In this document: positions 8,642 to 17,644 of the stretch, piece by piece | Layout of the letters: each line of letters starts with the position of its first letter | Numbering within the stretch: position 1 is the first letter of the stretch | Source of the DNA: a virus | Direction: 5' to 3' (one strand) | DNA length: 64,000 nucleotides | Virus record (IMG/VR): IMGVR_UViG_3300032050_000072 | Coordinates: 19,618-83,617 of that record | The notes under the pieces: generated by a model | What the model was told of the DNA's origin: nothing | Databases searched by the model: none | Seen by the model: only the letters and a program-made list of their open reading frames with translations | Program-made: the position numbers and the translations under genes

Positions 8642-8923
8642 CTAGGTCAAGGCTGTGATGTTAATTTCGGTAACTTCGACGCCCAATTCGATGGCACGAG
8701 CGATGCTGGCGGAGATCGCCAAGCGACGGGCCTCCGGGTAGCCACTGGCCGGAACGAACAGCGGCTCGGCTTCGGTGAACAGGTCGCCGTGGTGATCGCC
8801 AACGTAAGCCTCGACCGAAAAGGCGTAGACGCCGTGGCCGCTCGGCTTCTTGCCGTGGGTCGCTTCGTACTCGTCCGTGAAGAAAGCGATGGCAGGCTTG
8901 GCGGTTTTGGTGGTGGCGGCCAT
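8642..8923 (-). CDS. Small hypothetical early protein
   Basis: HGKKPSGHGVYAF motif; follows promoter 8972-9000. Confidence 0.7.
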   Translation of the reverse strand: MAATTKTAKPAIAFFTDEYEATHGKKPSGHGVYAFSVEAYVGDHHGDLFTEAEPLFVPASGYPEARRLAISASIARAIELGVEVTEINITALT

Positions 8924-8971
8924 GATTGCGATTCCTTGTTTTTGGTGGTGGTTGTCGTTCTGACGATAGTG

Positions 8972-9000
8972 AATATATCGTCAAGATAGACCTATGTCAA
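8972..9000 (-). promoter_or_regulatory. Sigma70 promoter / operator cassette 3
   Basis: TTGACA-17-TATATT. Confidence 0.85.
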
Positions 9001-9047
9001 CAACAAAAATATGAAAAATCGAAAAAATCCCGCAACAAGTTGCGTGG

Positions 9048-10565
9048 CTATTTGAGCAAGTCGCTCATTTTCGGCAGGTCGCCAGCGCCAAGCGAAAGAA
9101 CGCCCGGCTCGCGCGTTTCACGGCTCTCAAGATAGGCCCCTGCGTAAGCCACGACATCGACCTGATCGTCATGCGATCCGCGCGGGAATTGCAGCAGTTC
9201 AGCCTCGAAGTCCGACAGCCACGCCGCACCCGATCGGTGGAATACCTTGTGCGATGCGTACCGCGTCAGAACCGCCTCGGATCGCGTGATCTTATCTCTG
9301 GACGCTTTGAGCGCCCGGAACGGCGTGCCGCGAACCTCGCCCGCCTGGATCAAGCCGATACCGGCACCCGTGTCTTCGATCGCCTGGAATGACAACTGCG
9401 GATAGAGCCGCCGCTGGGCAATCATCATCGCATACTGGTCGGGAATCGCCACCCGCTCGCGCCGCATATCGTAGACGAGCAGGTCGTGGTCGGGTGTTCG
9501 TAGAAACGTGCCGACGACCGTGAAGTCGTTTTCCTTGCCGGTCTTCTGGGCCGTGTCGCAGGTCTGGAACCAAGTGCATCGGCTGGCTTCGTATCGCCTT
9601 GAACCGGCATCATCATCGACCACGACGAACTCGACGCCATCGACAAACTCGATTGTGAAGTAGCGGAAGTCCTCCAGCCGGTAGATCGAGCCGGTCAGCG
9701 GGTTTGGTCGCTGCTGCAATTGGCCTGGCGCGTCGAAGCTGAGCCTGATCTTCGACTGATCGACCTTGGCCCTCGGATAAGCCTGCTCCCAGAGTAGTTC
9801 GCCATCGGTCGTGCGCGGATCGGTCCATCCGAGCGATGTCGGCTCCATGCGGTTCGGCTCGAACTCCATAGGCAGAATGATCTTCTCGTAGCCGCCCTGC
9901 CGAATAACGTGACCAGCCAGATCGTCTTCGTGGAGCCGCTGCATGACGATCAACCGCCGCACGCCACGGATTTCACCACGCATCGAGATCGTGCCATCCC
10001 ACCACTCGCGAACTCGCTGCCGCTTGAGCGGCGACCGTGAATCTTCGGCCTTGATCGGATCGTCGCAGATCACAAAGTCGGGATGCTCGCCCGTACCGCG
10101 ACCGCCAATGCTCGTCGCCAATCGCCAGCCGCCATCCGTGTTCTGAAAGCGGGTTTCCTTGTTCTGGTTTCTCAACAGCCGCCCGAACCGTTCACAGTAC
10201 CAGTCGCTCTCGATCACGCTGCGGCAGTTATTCGACGCCTTGGTCGACAAGTCCTGAGCATAGCTCGCCACCAGAAACCTTGCAGACGGCCACCACGTCC
10301 AGACCCAGGCCGGAAACAGAATCGAGCAGAGTAGCGTCTTGGTTGTTCCTGGCGGCTGGTTGATGAGCAGGTTGCCAATCTTGCCGCGAGCCATCGCCTC
10401 CAGGTGATCGCAGATCGCCTCGATGTGCCAATTGTCCATGTAGGTCGAATCTTCGACCTGATTCCAGGCCAACTGCACGAAGTCATAGAAACGACCGCAG
10501 CGACGCCGCGACTCGGCAATGACATCACCACGACCCGGCACAAGCGAGCTACGCATTTTCGCCAC
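9048..10565 (-). CDS. terL: Terminase large subunit
   Basis: NWHIEAIC, Walker A NQPPGTTKT, GTGEHPDFVICDDP, IVMQRLHEDDL, nuclease CDTA and FPRGSHDDQVD. Confidence 0.93.
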   Translation of the reverse strand: MAKMRSSLVPGRGDVIAESRRRCGRFYDFVQLAWNQVEDSTYMDNWHIEAICDHLEAMARGKIGNLLINQPPGTTKTLLCSILFPAWVWTWWPSARFLVASYAQDLSTKASNNCRSVIESDWYCERFGRLLRNQNKETRFQNTDGGWRLATSIGGRGTGEHPDFVICDDPIKAEDSRSPLKRQRVREWWDGTISMRGEIRGVRRLIVMQRLHEDDLAGHVIRQGGYEKIILPMEFEPNRMEPTSLGWTDPRTTDGELLWEQAYPRAKVDQSKIRLSFDAPGQLQQRPNPLTGSIYRLEDFRYFTIEFVDGVEFVVVDDDAGSRRYEASRCTWFQTCDTAQKTGKENDFTVVGTFLRTPDHDLLVYDMRRERVAIPDQYAMMIAQRRLYPQLSFQAIEDTGAGIGLIQAGEVRGTPFRALKASRDKITRSEAVLTRYASHKVFHRSGAAWLSDFEAELLQFPRGSHDDQVDVVAYAGAYLESRETREPGVLSLGAGDLPKMSDLLK

Positions 10566-11061
10566 CAGCCGTAGGAATCGCTTGCCCGCCGTACTCGCGC
10601 GAGAGCTTGTCGAGCAATGCTAGCTCTTGATTGCTCAGCTTGCTCAAGTCGATCTGTGCCGGTGGCGGCTCGGGCGGCTTCTGCGTGACCTCGACCTTGC
10701 TCTTGCGGCCCCAGCGATCCGGGTGCTTGCGTTCGAGATAGGTCATGCAAGCCTGCCAGCTTTCCTCCATGTGCTGATTGAGCTTGGCGACGACTCGAAC
10801 CTCGGCCTGAGCCTCGGCGTCTTTAACGGCTTGATGAAACTTTCCGTAGACGCTATTCGGCTTTTGCTCGCCGCGCGTCAGCCAGCGGCTTAGCGTTTCA
10901 GCCGGAATCCCGGCGAACTTCGCCGCCACGCAGAGGTAGTTCCCGGCGAGAATAGCCGAGACAATCCTGCTCTGAATCGCTGCTGTGAGTTTCGTCGGCG
11001 CGCCGCCCGGCCCGCCTTTGTAGTTTGCCATAATGCCCTCTTTGATTGTGCTGCCACGCAC
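10549..11061 (-). CDS. Probable terminase small subunit (HTH)
   Basis: GAPTKLT..IVSAILAGNY..AAKFAGI..TLSRW, WQACMTYLERKHPDRWGR; overlaps the terL start. Confidence 0.75.
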   Translation of the reverse strand: MRGSTIKEGIMANYKGGPGGAPTKLTAAIQSRIVSAILAGNYLCVAAKFAGIPAETLSRWLTRGEQKPNSVYGKFHQAVKDAEAQAEVRVVAKLNQHMEESWQACMTYLERKHPDRWGRKSKVEVTQKPPEPPPAQIDLSKLSNQELALLDKLSREYGGQAIPTAGGENA

Positions 11062-11076
11062 GAATACAACAGCTAT

Positions 11077-11748
11077 CTAGCCTTCGATCAGCCAGCCAGC
11101 GAAATCGCCAAACCTGAAAACCTCAACGGCGTGCTCGCCGAGAACCTTCGGGTCAATTGGCCTCTGGACGCCAATGAGTGAAATCTCTTTTGCGAGAACC
11201 TCATTGGCTGGAACACCTGATGCGATCTTGCCAGCCAGCGTAAGCCTAGAAAGAACCAGCGACGGATAGCCGCCAGTTGGGTTGCAGCGATCAAATACCA
11301 CGATCACGCCGCCCTTTCGGCAGCGGCATCGCAGCTTGTCCATGAGATCGCGACGCTTGTCGACCGGCACGAACATCAGCGACAGGAATAAGATCGCGAC
11401 ATCAAACGACTGATAATCAAACTTCTCGGCCTGGGCACAAACAAACTCGCCTGGGCCCTCGTATTTAGCCCGCATCGCCTCCGAGTTGTCTACGCCAACC
11501 AGCTTAGCGCCGCGGTCTTCGAGAGTGCCAGCGATCGCCTTGCCGATATTGCCGGTCGAGCAACCGATGTCGTAGACCAAGCCGCCGTCAGGGATATAGT
11601 GCCTTGCCACATGCGACACGACTCCGGTCGTCAAGTCATACCACGGCAACTGCTCGCGAACATGCCTGTCGAACCCGCTAGCGATATCTGCTGTCTTGAA
11701 TGTCCAGTTCCTTGGAATATCGAACCCGACTGCCCCTGCGGTTTCCAT
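11077..11748 (-). CDS. cmoA: CmoA-like SAM-dependent enzyme (candidate carboxy-SAM synthase)
   Basis: NWTF..FDRHVREQLPWYD, YDIGCSTG, GVDNSEAM, LSLMFVP, GGVIVVFDR parallel E. coli CmoA motifs. Start reassigned to ATG 11748 (GGAGG SD). Confidence 0.75.
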   Translation of the reverse strand: METAGAVGFDIPRNWTFKTADIASGFDRHVREQLPWYDLTTGVVSHVARHYIPDGGLVYDIGCSTGNIGKAIAGTLEDRGAKLVGVDNSEAMRAKYEGPGEFVCAQAEKFDYQSFDVAILFLSLMFVPVDKRRDLMDKLRCRCRKGGVIVVFDRCNPTGGYPSLVLSRLTLAGKIASGVPANEVLAKEISLIGVQRPIDPKVLGEHAVEVFRFGDFAGWLIEG

Positions 11749-11749
11749 G

Positions 11750-13117
11750 TCAGTCCTCCGGTAAGTAGCCAAACCTCTTGCGAAGCTCGGAGTTATAGAA
11801 TTTCGTCGGTGAAGCAATTCGCCTTGCGATCTCGTCGGCGACGCCACTGGCTCCTTGAAATGTGTCTTTTGGTCGATTGATGATCCACTTCGGCAAGATC
11901 GACTCTGCCGCCAGCTTGAGCAGTTTCTTGCCAGGAGGCGACTCCGACTTGGTTAATTGCACAGCCGACTCAACAAGCCTCTGCTCCATGAACGGCAGCC
12001 TGCACTCGACTCCGCCAGCCATGAACGCCTTATTGCACCTGACGAAGTTTCCGCGAGACATTTTGGCTAACTGCTCAAGCCTAAGCCGGATCACGCCGTC
12101 GTCGGTTTCGCGGCTGGCTTGGATGCAGAAGTTTCCGTATCCGCCAAACAACTCATCGGCGGCCTCGCCTGACAGGCAAGCCTTAAACCCCTCTGCTGCA
12201 ATCCTTTTCGCAAGCGGAACGCACAGCACGGCGATCTCTATCTGAGCCTTGGATGGAATCTCGATCGACTCCATCGCTTCGGCAATCCCGCGATCAGTTA
12301 TTCCGACAGGAACTTCAAACAGCTTTACCCCAAGGTCACTACACAAGCGTCTAGCACACAGCAAGTCATTAGAACGCTGATCGAAGCTCGCCGTAAAGGC
12401 TACGACCTCGCGACCAGTTTCAACAGCAAGGCCAAGGATTATGCTGCTATCAAGGCCGCCTGAAATTAAGCAGCAGACGGGAGCGTCGGCGCTAAGTCTC
12501 TTTGCAACACCGTCGCGAAGACGACCAAGCACATCGCCATGAGTACACCGTTCCACGCTGGGCATTGAGTACCACTTGCGCCACTCGCCTGTCGTTAAAT
12601 TGAAAGCGAATCCTGCTGGAACAGATATCGCCTTGACGCCAGCCGGAAACGCCTTTCTTTCCGATGCCCACAGATACCCACCGTTATGCTTTGCCACATA
12701 AACTGGAACCTTGCCGAACGAATCTCGCACTAGCCAGCTATCGCCTTTAGATGGAGTCCACGCGAACGCAAACATGCCGTCGAGCATCGGCAAGCAATCC
12801 ATGCCGTGCCTACCGAGCATTGCCGCCAAGACTTCCGTGTCCCCTGTTGTCGCAAACTTCTCACCAGATTCGGCTAGCATCAGCTTTAGCTCGCGGTGAT
12901 TCCAGATTTCGCCATTGAACGTCAGCGTCGACCCATTTCGCACGAACGGCTGAGACGAAAGCTCGGATAGATCAACCAGCGACAGCCGGACATGGCCATG
13001 CACGAAACCGCCATGATTCCTGACGCCGATCCCATCTGGTCCGCGATGCTTGATTTTCTCAAGCATTAAATGCACAGACGACTCAAGCCCGTTCGTCGCG
13101 CCAGCAATTCCGCACAC
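11750..13117 (-). CDS. asnB: Asparagine synthetase B-like glutamine amidotransferase
   Basis: GTG start giving N-terminal CGIAG (Ntn nucleophile), HRGPD, HVRLSLVD, FNGEIWN, LISGGLDSS PP-loop, SGEAADELFGGY, ECRLPF. Confidence 0.9.
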   Translation of the reverse strand: MCGIAGATNGLESSVHLMLEKIKHRGPDGIGVRNHGGFVHGHVRLSLVDLSELSSQPFVRNGSTLTFNGEIWNHRELKLMLAESGEKFATTGDTEVLAAMLGRHGMDCLPMLDGMFAFAWTPSKGDSWLVRDSFGKVPVYVAKHNGGYLWASERKAFPAGVKAISVPAGFAFNLTTGEWRKWYSMPSVERCTHGDVLGRLRDGVAKRLSADAPVCCLISGGLDSSIILGLAVETGREVVAFTASFDQRSNDLLCARRLCSDLGVKLFEVPVGITDRGIAEAMESIEIPSKAQIEIAVLCVPLAKRIAAEGFKACLSGEAADELFGGYGNFCIQASRETDDGVIRLRLEQLAKMSRGNFVRCNKAFMAGGVECRLPFMEQRLVESAVQLTKSESPPGKKLLKLAAESILPKWIINRPKDTFQGASGVADEIARRIASPTKFYNSELRKRFGYLPED

Positions 13118-13121
13118 AAAC

Positions 13122-14444
13122 CTACCCCTGTTTGATCTTCGACAAAATCTGATCTCGAATCGCCGCTGCCACATGCGACATCATTACCGGAGGCACGGCA
13201 CGCCCGAGCCGCTCCCATTGCTGGGCGTAGCTACCAGCTAGAATGAAGTCATCTGGAAATCCGCAGATGCGACGAAGCTCTGCAATCGAGAACTTGCGAC
13301 GCTCGGTTGGATGTGTCACGCCAGCAATTGAACCAGCGCCGCCAGCGGCAGTAATTGTTGGGCATGGTCCGTCTTGATCTGGCCGAACAAGCTGAAAGTA
13401 TTTTTCAGACTGACCTCCAGGGCCGATATTGTCCCACTCCTTGCCGATCGCGAAGCGACTGATATCAGCTTCCTTCTCAATGAAAAGCTGAGGCTTCGTG
13501 GTGACGCATGGCGACGGACGATCAGTGACTTCGCCGTGGCTAAAGCTAGGGTCGGGCGATCCGGTGTCGTGAACCGCCTTCAACTTAAATCCAGCGGTGG
13601 CCTCAACGACAGTTTGATGCTTGCCTTTTCCATTCATGCCGTGAGCCATAACGGTTGGCGAAGGATCGTCGGCGCTGTGCTGACTGACACCAAAGCCGGA
13701 CCTCGCACCAGTGTCGGGGTTGATGCCGGACTCGACGCTATTGATCCACGGAAGCGCGTCGCGAATCGAATAGCGATATGGCAACGGCTTCGGGTGAACC
13801 GGGTCAAGTCCGAGGTCGTTTCTAACGCCGACGAAGATCGTCCGCTGCCTCGCCTGCGGAACCCCGAGCCACTGTGCGTCAAGCACCTTGCACGACACGC
13901 GATAGCCGCACGACTTGAGCTTGGCGAGGATTTCTAGAAAGTACCCCTTGGCCGTGCCTTTGACCAATCCAGATACATTTTCAGCCACAAACGTCTTTGG
14001 CTGCAAGCCTTCGAGTAGCCGGGCGAACTCAAAGAACAGGTCGTCGGTTCGCTGCGCCTTGTCGCTATACTTCTTGACCTTGCCCCAGCCCTTTTCTCGC
14101 TTGCCAGCCGTCGAGAAAGACGCGCATGGCGGCGAACCGTCGAGCAGATCAAGTTCGCCTTGCCGGAGCCCTGTGGCATCAAGGATTTCACTGGCCTTGA
14201 CGAGCCTTATATCACGACCATCAAGAATCGTCGTTGCCGACTTATTGGCGGCATAGCTTTCACGCGCTGAGTCGATAAACTCAGAAGCCCAGACCACCTT
14301 GAACCCAGCCATGCGGTAGCCCAGTGAAGACCCGCCGCAGCCAGAGAATGTAGAAGCAACCTTAAAGCCATTCCAAGGCAGGCCAGCGATTTCAGCCATC
14401 GAAGGCACACGGTACGGTGGCTTGTTATCACTTGCCATTTTCAT
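13122..14444 (-). CDS. C5-cytosine DNA methyltransferase-family protein with motif X Asn->Arg (candidate carboxymethyltransferase)
   Basis: FSGCGG (I), GSPPCASFS (IV), ENVSGL (VI), PQARQR (VIII), RICGFPDDF (IX), LGRAVPP (X). Confidence 0.9.
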   Translation of the reverse strand: MKMASDNKPPYRVPSMAEIAGLPWNGFKVASTFSGCGGSSLGYRMAGFKVVWASEFIDSARESYAANKSATTILDGRDIRLVKASEILDATGLRQGELDLLDGSPPCASFSTAGKREKGWGKVKKYSDKAQRTDDLFFEFARLLEGLQPKTFVAENVSGLVKGTAKGYFLEILAKLKSCGYRVSCKVLDAQWLGVPQARQRTIFVGVRNDLGLDPVHPKPLPYRYSIRDALPWINSVESGINPDTGARSGFGVSQHSADDPSPTVMAHGMNGKGKHQTVVEATAGFKLKAVHDTGSPDPSFSHGEVTDRPSPCVTTKPQLFIEKEADISRFAIGKEWDNIGPGGQSEKYFQLVRPDQDGPCPTITAAGGAGSIAGVTHPTERRKFSIAELRRICGFPDDFILAGSYAQQWERLGRAVPPVMMSHVAAAIRDQILSKIKQG

Positions 14445-14468
14445 TGCTCCATCAAATCAATGTATTGC

Positions 14469-14999
14469 TCAACTAGACTTTCCACTCCACGAGTAGCCGC
14501 ACTTCGGGCAGCGATGGTCTGTGTTGATCGACTCGTCGACCTCTGGAAAATCAACAGGCGACTCGCTGAGTGGCTCCATTGCTGGAATGGCACCGGCCTT
14601 CTCGGCCAAGCTCGTCACGAGTTGCTGCAAACTCTCGTCACTAAACTGGACACTATCGAGCAACTGGGTCAAAGCACCGGCGTCGGAATCGGCCATCGCG
14701 CCAATTGGGTCCATCGTGGCCAGCAGTTTGTTGGCCTCAAATTCGTCGACATCGAGAATCAAAACAGGCACAAGCTCGTCGGCCCTCGACATGACATCGG
14801 CACGCAGGTGTCCGTCAATAATTTCAAGACGACCATCAATCTCACGGGCAATGACGGCGGAAGCCATTCCGATTTCGCCAATCGCGGCAACCAATGCTTC
14901 GCGCTGCCTGATTCCGTGCCTGCGCCAGTTCTTGTCATTTTCGACAAGATCACAAGCTGGAACCATCCTGAGTTCTTTGACTCGATTTTTAATCGACAT
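14469..14999 (-). CDS. ParB/Srx N-terminal-like protein with C-terminal CPKC zinc ribbon
   Basis: NDKNWRRH, EIIDGHLR, HRCPKCGYSW. Confidence 0.75.
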   Translation of the reverse strand: MSIKNRVKELRMVPACDLVENDKNWRRHGIRQREALVAAIGEIGMASAVIAREIDGRLEIIDGHLRADVMSRADELVPVLILDVDEFEANKLLATMDPIGAMADSDAGALTQLLDSVQFSDESLQQLVTSLAEKAGAIPAMEPLSESPVDFPEVDESINTDHRCPKCGYSWSGKSS

Positions 15000-15002
15000 A
15001 GG

Positions 15003-15296
15003 CTACTCCGGTTTCTTCGGCTGATACCCGCAGCGGATCGCCGCATCGCGCAGCGCCCAGCGGATCGTCTCAGCGTCGTGAACGAATCCCATGAAACTTT
15101 TTATCTGCTCGATCTGCTCGAACGTGTCCTTGGTGACACGGACATTGACCTGCGTAAGATAGTTGCCAACCGGAGGTCGGCCCATTGGTTTCTTCTCGCG
15201 GGCAGCTTTCGGTGCAACGTCGGACTTGGCAGCACGCTTTGGCATGGCGGTTTTCCTCTTGATTGTGTTTTGATTCACCATTGAACCGGCCTCCAA
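15003..15296 (-). CDS. Small putative ribbon-helix-helix DNA-binding protein
   Basis: MGRPP..QVNVRVTKDTFEQIEQI..AETIRWALRD pattern. Confidence 0.55.
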   Translation of the reverse strand: MEAGSMVNQNTIKRKTAMPKRAAKSDVAPKAAREKKPMGRPPVGNYLTQVNVRVTKDTFEQIEQIKSFMGFVHDAETIRWALRDAAIRCGYQPKKPE

Positions 15297-15400
15297 ATCT
15301 TACGTGCAAACTGCTAGCAAAGCAATGTCATTTTGTCTATCTCGCCATTTCCTCCTAGATAGACCTCATTTAGTCTATCATAAAGATATTTCGATGCAAG

Positions 15401-15946
15401 TCAGACCACGCCGGTTTTGATCCCATCGCGGAATTTATTGATTCGATCCACCAGCGACGGCAGGCCGATCAGGTAGCTGCCGAGCCGAATGATCTCACGA
15501 TTCGGCGAGTGCTCGTGCGGGCTCAGTAGCTTCATCGCCTCGTCGACCCCGTAGCGGATGGCCGCGATCACGACCGCCAGCGCCGAACTCCGGCTAATCC
15601 CCATGTGGCAGCAGACCAGCAATCGCCTGCGACCATCAGACCACTTGAGCGCGTGCTGCACTTGCTCCACGCGCGGAGCCCTCCAGTCGGCTTCGTCGCG
15701 TGAGACATCATCCATCGGCAGCCTGAGCGTCAGGCCATCGTTGCCGAAGACCGCAGCCGACAACTGCTTGACGAGTTGCCGCGTCTCTTCGCACGGTCGA
15801 TCTGGATGGTGCATCGCCGTATCGTGACAGGCGATCGCGTCCCACGGGCCTTGCTGGCGGAAATCGTGACCCTCCAGTCCAGTCAGCGCCCGAGCGGCCA
15901 CGGACATCGGCATGATTCTGATCTCGCTGCCGTCGTCGAAGATCAT
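15401..15946 (-). CDS. Predicted protein-tyrosine / dual-specificity phosphatase
   Basis: CX5R motif CHMGISRSSA, upstream MDD loop, HSPN. Confidence 0.8.
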   Translation of the reverse strand: MIFDDGSEIRIMPMSVAARALTGLEGHDFRQQGPWDAIACHDTAMHHPDRPCEETRQLVKQLSAAVFGNDGLTLRLPMDDVSRDEADWRAPRVEQVQHALKWSDGRRRLLVCCHMGISRSSALAVVIAAIRYGVDEAMKLLSPHEHSPNREIIRLGSYLIGLPSLVDRINKFRDGIKTGVV

Positions 15947-16554
15947 ACTCGCACCGCGACTTTCTTGCGACCACGCAACTTGTTGCGGGCAGTTTTCTTG
16001 CGAACCACGACAACCTTCCGCTTGGCGTTGAGCTTTACGCTGACCTCGCGGTGAACGCCTGACGACGGCTTGAAGTTGCCGTTATTGGCAATGATGTTTC
16101 GCAGGATCGCCGCCATGACCTGACGATCTCTGTCGTCTCGATCCCAACCGTCGCGGTCGCTGACGATCTCATTCCACGGCTCAAAATCGCTCGCCGAAGT
16201 CATGTGGAATCGCTCGTAGACATCCTCGATTTCAAGCAGCAAGCTACGATTGAAAACGTCTGCGAGTTTGTCTCTGACTTCAAATCCGCATGACGGAGCG
16301 ACTTTGCCATCTGGGTAATTGATCCAGCCGGTGTCGAATCTTCGCAATCGACCAACCAGCAGCGACCCGATCGCGCAGACCTCGCAGCCATTCAGGTCGC
16401 GTTTACTGCGGACCTCGGAGCCGTTGTCAAACGAGCCGCAAACGTAGACATGCGCTGGCTCGATTTTTCCATGCTCCAACTGCCACAGTGCGTCAGCGGC
16501 AATGTCGACAGCCATACGGTTCTTGCCTTTACGGCACTTGAATACTCGCTTCAT
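15943..16554 (-). CDS. Hypothetical protein
   Basis: CEVCAIGSLL; ATGA-coupled to neighbours. Confidence 0.65.
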   Translation of the reverse strand: MKRVFKCRKGKNRMAVDIAADALWQLEHGKIEPAHVYVCGSFDNGSEVRSKRDLNGCEVCAIGSLLVGRLRRFDTGWINYPDGKVAPSCGFEVRDKLADVFNRSLLLEIEDVYERFHMTSASDFEPWNEIVSDRDGWDRDDRDRQVMAAILRNIIANNGNFKPSSGVHREVSVKLNAKRKVVVVRKKTARNKLRGRKKVAVRV

Positions 16555-17066
16555 GCTCGTTGTCCTCCTCGTTTTTTGCCACGCAACTTGTTGCGGGCTG
16601 GCTTTTCGGAACTGGGAAATTTCGCGGTCGGATTCTCAATCAGCGTCGCTAGCCATTCGCCGATGAACTCGGCGGCGTCATCCGGGTGGGCGGTGTCGAA
16701 TCTTGCCTTGTAGCGATCCTCGACGACGCTTGAGTTGTTCGTTCTCAGCAACTCGACCTCCAGCCAAGTCGCACTCACCGGATCGGTCGAATTGTCAGTG
16801 CCGCTCGACGCACGAACACGAAGCTCGCCCTGCCGCCACGGAATCATCACATCAAACACCGCGACACCCGCGATCACCTTGGCCGGGCATGGCTCGTGCC
16901 GGTTGATATCAGGGCGAATCTCGAAGATCGGAGCAAGCTCGGCCTCGACCTCTCGCAGTACATTGATGGCTCGCGCCATCTTGACCTTAGCCAGCGATTC
17001 GATCTGATCTTTCTGCCACTTGATCTCGTCTGTCTTGCGGCTGAAAGCAGCCAGTGCTCGACTCAT
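16551..17066 (-). CDS. Hypothetical protein
   Basis: Start ATG 17066 with GGAGG SD. Confidence 0.6.
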   Translation of the reverse strand: MSRALAAFSRKTDEIKWQKDQIESLAKVKMARAINVLREVEAELAPIFEIRPDINRHEPCPAKVIAGVAVFDVMIPWRQGELRVRASSGTDNSTDPVSATWLEVELLRTNNSSVVEDRYKARFDTAHPDDAAEFIGEWLATLIENPTAKFPSSEKPARNKLRGKKRGGQRA

Positions 17067-17641
17067 GGTTGACCTCCCGGTGACTTTCTGGATTCTTCGA
17101 TCGTGCGAATCAACTCGAACGCTTCGTGGTCGGTCAGTTCGGCCCTGTGACCTTTGCCCGGCAGTCCCTTGACCTTGATCTTGTGCCGCCGAAAGCCGTT
17201 GTAGATACCCGAGCACTCGATGCCGTAATAGGCAGCGATCTGGCGCGGAATCGCACCCGACTCGCACGCCTCACGGGCAATGTCGAGATCGTACTTCCAG
17301 GTACAGTCTCGGCAGGTTTCGGCCTTGCGGCACTTGGTCTTGCCGCACCGGCAGCGGTCGTACATTTGCTTCTTCTGCGATTCGCGGCGCGTCTTTTGAC
17401 GGCACTTCTTCGAGCAATGCGACAGGCTTCCCTGGCGGAACTTTCGGACAAATGCCTTGCCGCAGACAACGCACTCGCACCGCAGACCAATCAGCCCATC
17501 GGCGTGGTGAGCAATCAAGTGCTGGTGAATACATTGCCGCGAGACGCCGAATCGCTCGGCGATCTTGGTGATCGGCATCAACTCGACCAGCCTGAGCCTG
17601 ACGGCCTCGGCTGGATCAACCTTCCTGGCATTGGCGACCAT
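17063..17641 (-). CDS. HTH and zinc-finger protein
   Basis: ITKIAERFGVSRQCIHQ, CVVCG..CSKKC, RQIAAYYGI. Confidence 0.65.
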   Translation of the reverse strand: MVANARKVDPAEAVRLRLVELMPITKIAERFGVSRQCIHQHLIAHHADGLIGLRCECVVCGKAFVRKFRQGSLSHCSKKCRQKTRRESQKKQMYDRCRCGKTKCRKAETCRDCTWKYDLDIAREACESGAIPRQIAAYYGIECSGIYNGFRRHKIKVKGLPGKGHRAELTDHEAFELIRTIEESRKSPGGQP

Positions 17642-17644
17642 TGA

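Noticed and set aside
11750-13117. AsnB as an auxiliary asparagine-biosynthesis or lasso-peptide cyclase gene
   Set aside because: Its position between the MTase and CmoA homologs, its intact glutaminase domain and the lack of precursor/B-protein genes favour nucleic-acid modification; not formally excluded.
15960-16600. Shared C-terminal ARNKLRG peptide in two adjacent proteins
   Set aside because: Explained by the 14-bp DNA palindrome read in that frame.
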